A stretch of DNA of 64,000 nucleotides from Thalia democratica (Eukaryota). The stretch lies in NCBI GenBank assembly GCA_965202585.1, contig OZ241830.1, positions 17,608,001-17,672,000 of the forward strand. The letters run 5' to 3'. Positions 62,093 to 64,000 of this stretch are shown piece by piece. The notes under the pieces were generated by a model. The model was not told where the DNA came from, made no database searches, and was given only the letters and a program-made list of their open reading frames with translations. The position numbers were made by a program, and so were the translations under genes. The first letter of the stretch is position 1. Every line of letters begins with the position of its first letter.

Positions 62093-62106
62093 GCGCCATC
62101 TCCTGG
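62093..62106 (-). promoter_or_regulatory. CTCF-like motif CCAGGAGATGGCGC (copy C)
   Basis: Identical to copies A and B. Confidence 0.4.
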
Positions 62107-62469
62107 TTTCTCCAATTATTTTTTTGAAAACATTGTCATCAGACAGTCTACAGAGCCGAAGCTTGGACTTTTGTATGTCGTGAGACTAGCTCAAGTTATC
62201 AAAAAGTAATATCATACCAATTCGATCATCAGACATAGGTCTTAGTCTACTAAAGGCTTGTGGCCTGATGATCGAAATAAATGACCAATCTTTTTGTTAC
62301 TTTGATTTATGTGTGTAAGTTTTAACGTGTACAATTTTCTTAACTGACTAAAAAGTAATAACTGTTATGGTTTCATTTTTAATCACACAATTTTTATAAG
62401 TTTAAACAATTTTTTTGTCACGTCAAATAGTAATTTTAGTTCAAGAAATGTCTAAAAATTCATTTAGCC

Positions 62470-62640
62470 CAACGATCAATAACACTCATGGCATAGAAGT
62501 AGAAACCAAGCTGCTTCTTTCTGCTAATAATTTCAATTAAGTTCACTCACAAGTCAAGAAAAGACGCAATAGAAAGGGAAATTCCTAACCAGGTTTACCT
62601 GAAGCGCCACACGGACATACTCTTTGGAAAAGGAAATAAA
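62470..62640 (+). pseudogene. 5' fragment of the protease gene (equivalent to 4240-4410)
   Basis: GTTCACTCACAAGTCAAGAAAAGACGC is shared with 4309-4335; in-frame TAA just upstream. Confidence 0.55.
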
Positions 62641-62893
62641 AAACAAAATTTTCGCGTACTTTGTCAATACTACTCAATCCGTATTTTGTCAATATTAGAA
62701 AATATATTTCTAAATGTGCAAATGTTTCTGCTTAGCTATTATTTAGTTTCGTAACATGGTTTGGTTGTTAGAATTGTATTGTTATGTACTTTGTTTTAGG
62801 TGTTTTTGATATTTAGTTCTCAGCAAAGTAAAATTAGAAATCCGAACAAAAGTACACACATATACAGTTTTTGCAGCCAAACCGTATTACGAA

Positions 62894-63050
62894 TAGTGAT
62901 GTACCGGACTCACTATCCGGGTCCGGCTTGATATTGCCATTTTTGTCTGATATCCGGATCCGGCCGGATTCTAATTTGAAAAAAATGTCCGGATCTAGTT
63001 AGTAAAAAAGAGCATACTGAAAAGTATTTTTTCTAAATCAAGCCCTGCAT
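62894..63050 (+). mobile_element. Left end of a probable hAT-like insertion interrupting arm C
   Basis: TAGTGATGTACCGGA terminus with multiple CCGGA/TCCGG subterminal repeats begins exactly where similarity to arm A stops; the right end is not identified. Confidence 0.55.
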
Positions 63051-64000
63051 AAATTAATAAGAGTCATTTTCGTCAGTTAAAACTAAACACCTACCGTGAT
63101 TGGCTCATTTTGTACACGTGACTAATTTACATTTGTTTACATTTAAATTATGAAATAAACATTTCAGAAATACAACTTTTTACATATGTTGTGAAATTGA
63201 AAACTTTGGAATGAATACTTGCATTATTTATTGTTTAAAGTAGAGCTCAGAGAATATTTAGAGTTAGTTCGGTTGAATGTACGAGCCAATAAAAATCATA
63301 TGACGAAATGTTTCAAACTAAATACTGATGCAACAAAACATCAGAACATGACAGGCAGTTTATATGTAAGCAGTTAGTTAGTTTGGTGTGCAGCTTGAAG
63401 CAACAAAATATCTTGAACGTTTTTGTGAATGCTTATTGTAAGTAGTGTTTTGTTTTGAAAGTGAATATTTCAACTGGTGTTTAATTGTTTAAATATTTAA
63501 GCCAGGTTTATAGTTAAATAGTTTTTTAAAAGTTTTACAGTTTCCTGTTTACTAAAAGTTTTATTTAATTTTTAGTTTATTGTTTTAAGTCTTTTGATAT
63601 AGATTTAAAGAGCTTCCAGTTTTTAAAGTGTTACCAAAGTAATTAATAATTTTGTATATGCTAGTATTTCTTGTTGTGTTTTATATAAAAGATTCATCAC
63701 TCAAAACTGTCGTGTCTGATTATAGAAAATAGTCTCAGTTAGAATTTAGTATTTGTTAGATATTAATTAAATAAGGTAGGATTTAAATATGATGGGTATT
63801 ACTAATAAGATAAGTGTACCACAATCAGTCCACAACTTTACAACCAAATTGTCAACCTTTGCTAGCTGTTCTACTGATTATAAGATTAAAGTAATTTTTT
63901 CAGTTTTTAAAATATCTTTCTGACTCAGGCTTGTTTATACTCACTCTAGATAGTTTTAATGACGTAAACAGTGGCCACCCTGCTAGTTTGAAATTTTTTG

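Larger units (their letters stand above)
52830..62893 (+). repeat. Arm C: third amplicon copy (inverted relative to B; 58325-62893 is a direct repeat of 1-4675)
   Basis: Collinear similarity to arm B (reverse complement) and arm A (direct). Similarity stops at 62893. The left boundary is approximate. Confidence 0.88.

Noticed and set aside
1-64000. CRISPR arrays, rRNA or tRNA genes, prokaryotic operons
   Set aside because: No repeat-spacer array and no rRNA or tRNA signatures; spliceosomal introns and LTR elements indicate eukaryotic nuclear DNA.

Overview
AT-rich eukaryotic (metazoan-like, GT-AG introns) genomic window built from a triplicated amplicon in +/-/+ orientation, which forms two adjacent giant inverted repeats. 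Each amplicon copy carries a three-exon gene encoding an N-terminal RING-H2 finger, coiled coils and a six-bladed Kelch propeller. Copies B (26674-30151, -) and C (56339-59293, +) are complete and intact; only the last exon of copy A (58-962, +) is in the window. The Kelch domains differ mainly in the loops that form the substrate-binding face and show a patchwork of shared segments. Downstream of the gene lies a decayed, intronless, secreted two-domain trypsin-like protease gene that itself sits in a nested inverted repeat. A young CsRn1-like Ty3/Gypsy element (8188-14427, 553-bp LTRs, 4-bp TSD) is inserted in arm A, and a solo LTR occupies the mirror site in arm B. The roughly 20-kb spacer between B and C holds a ZNF598/Hel2 homologue whose start codon is out of frame with its RING, a GC-rich structured island (35.5-36.0 kb) and many MITE-like elements with 6-bp TSDs. 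No rRNA, tRNA or CRISPR array was found. All percent identities are by-eye estimates.
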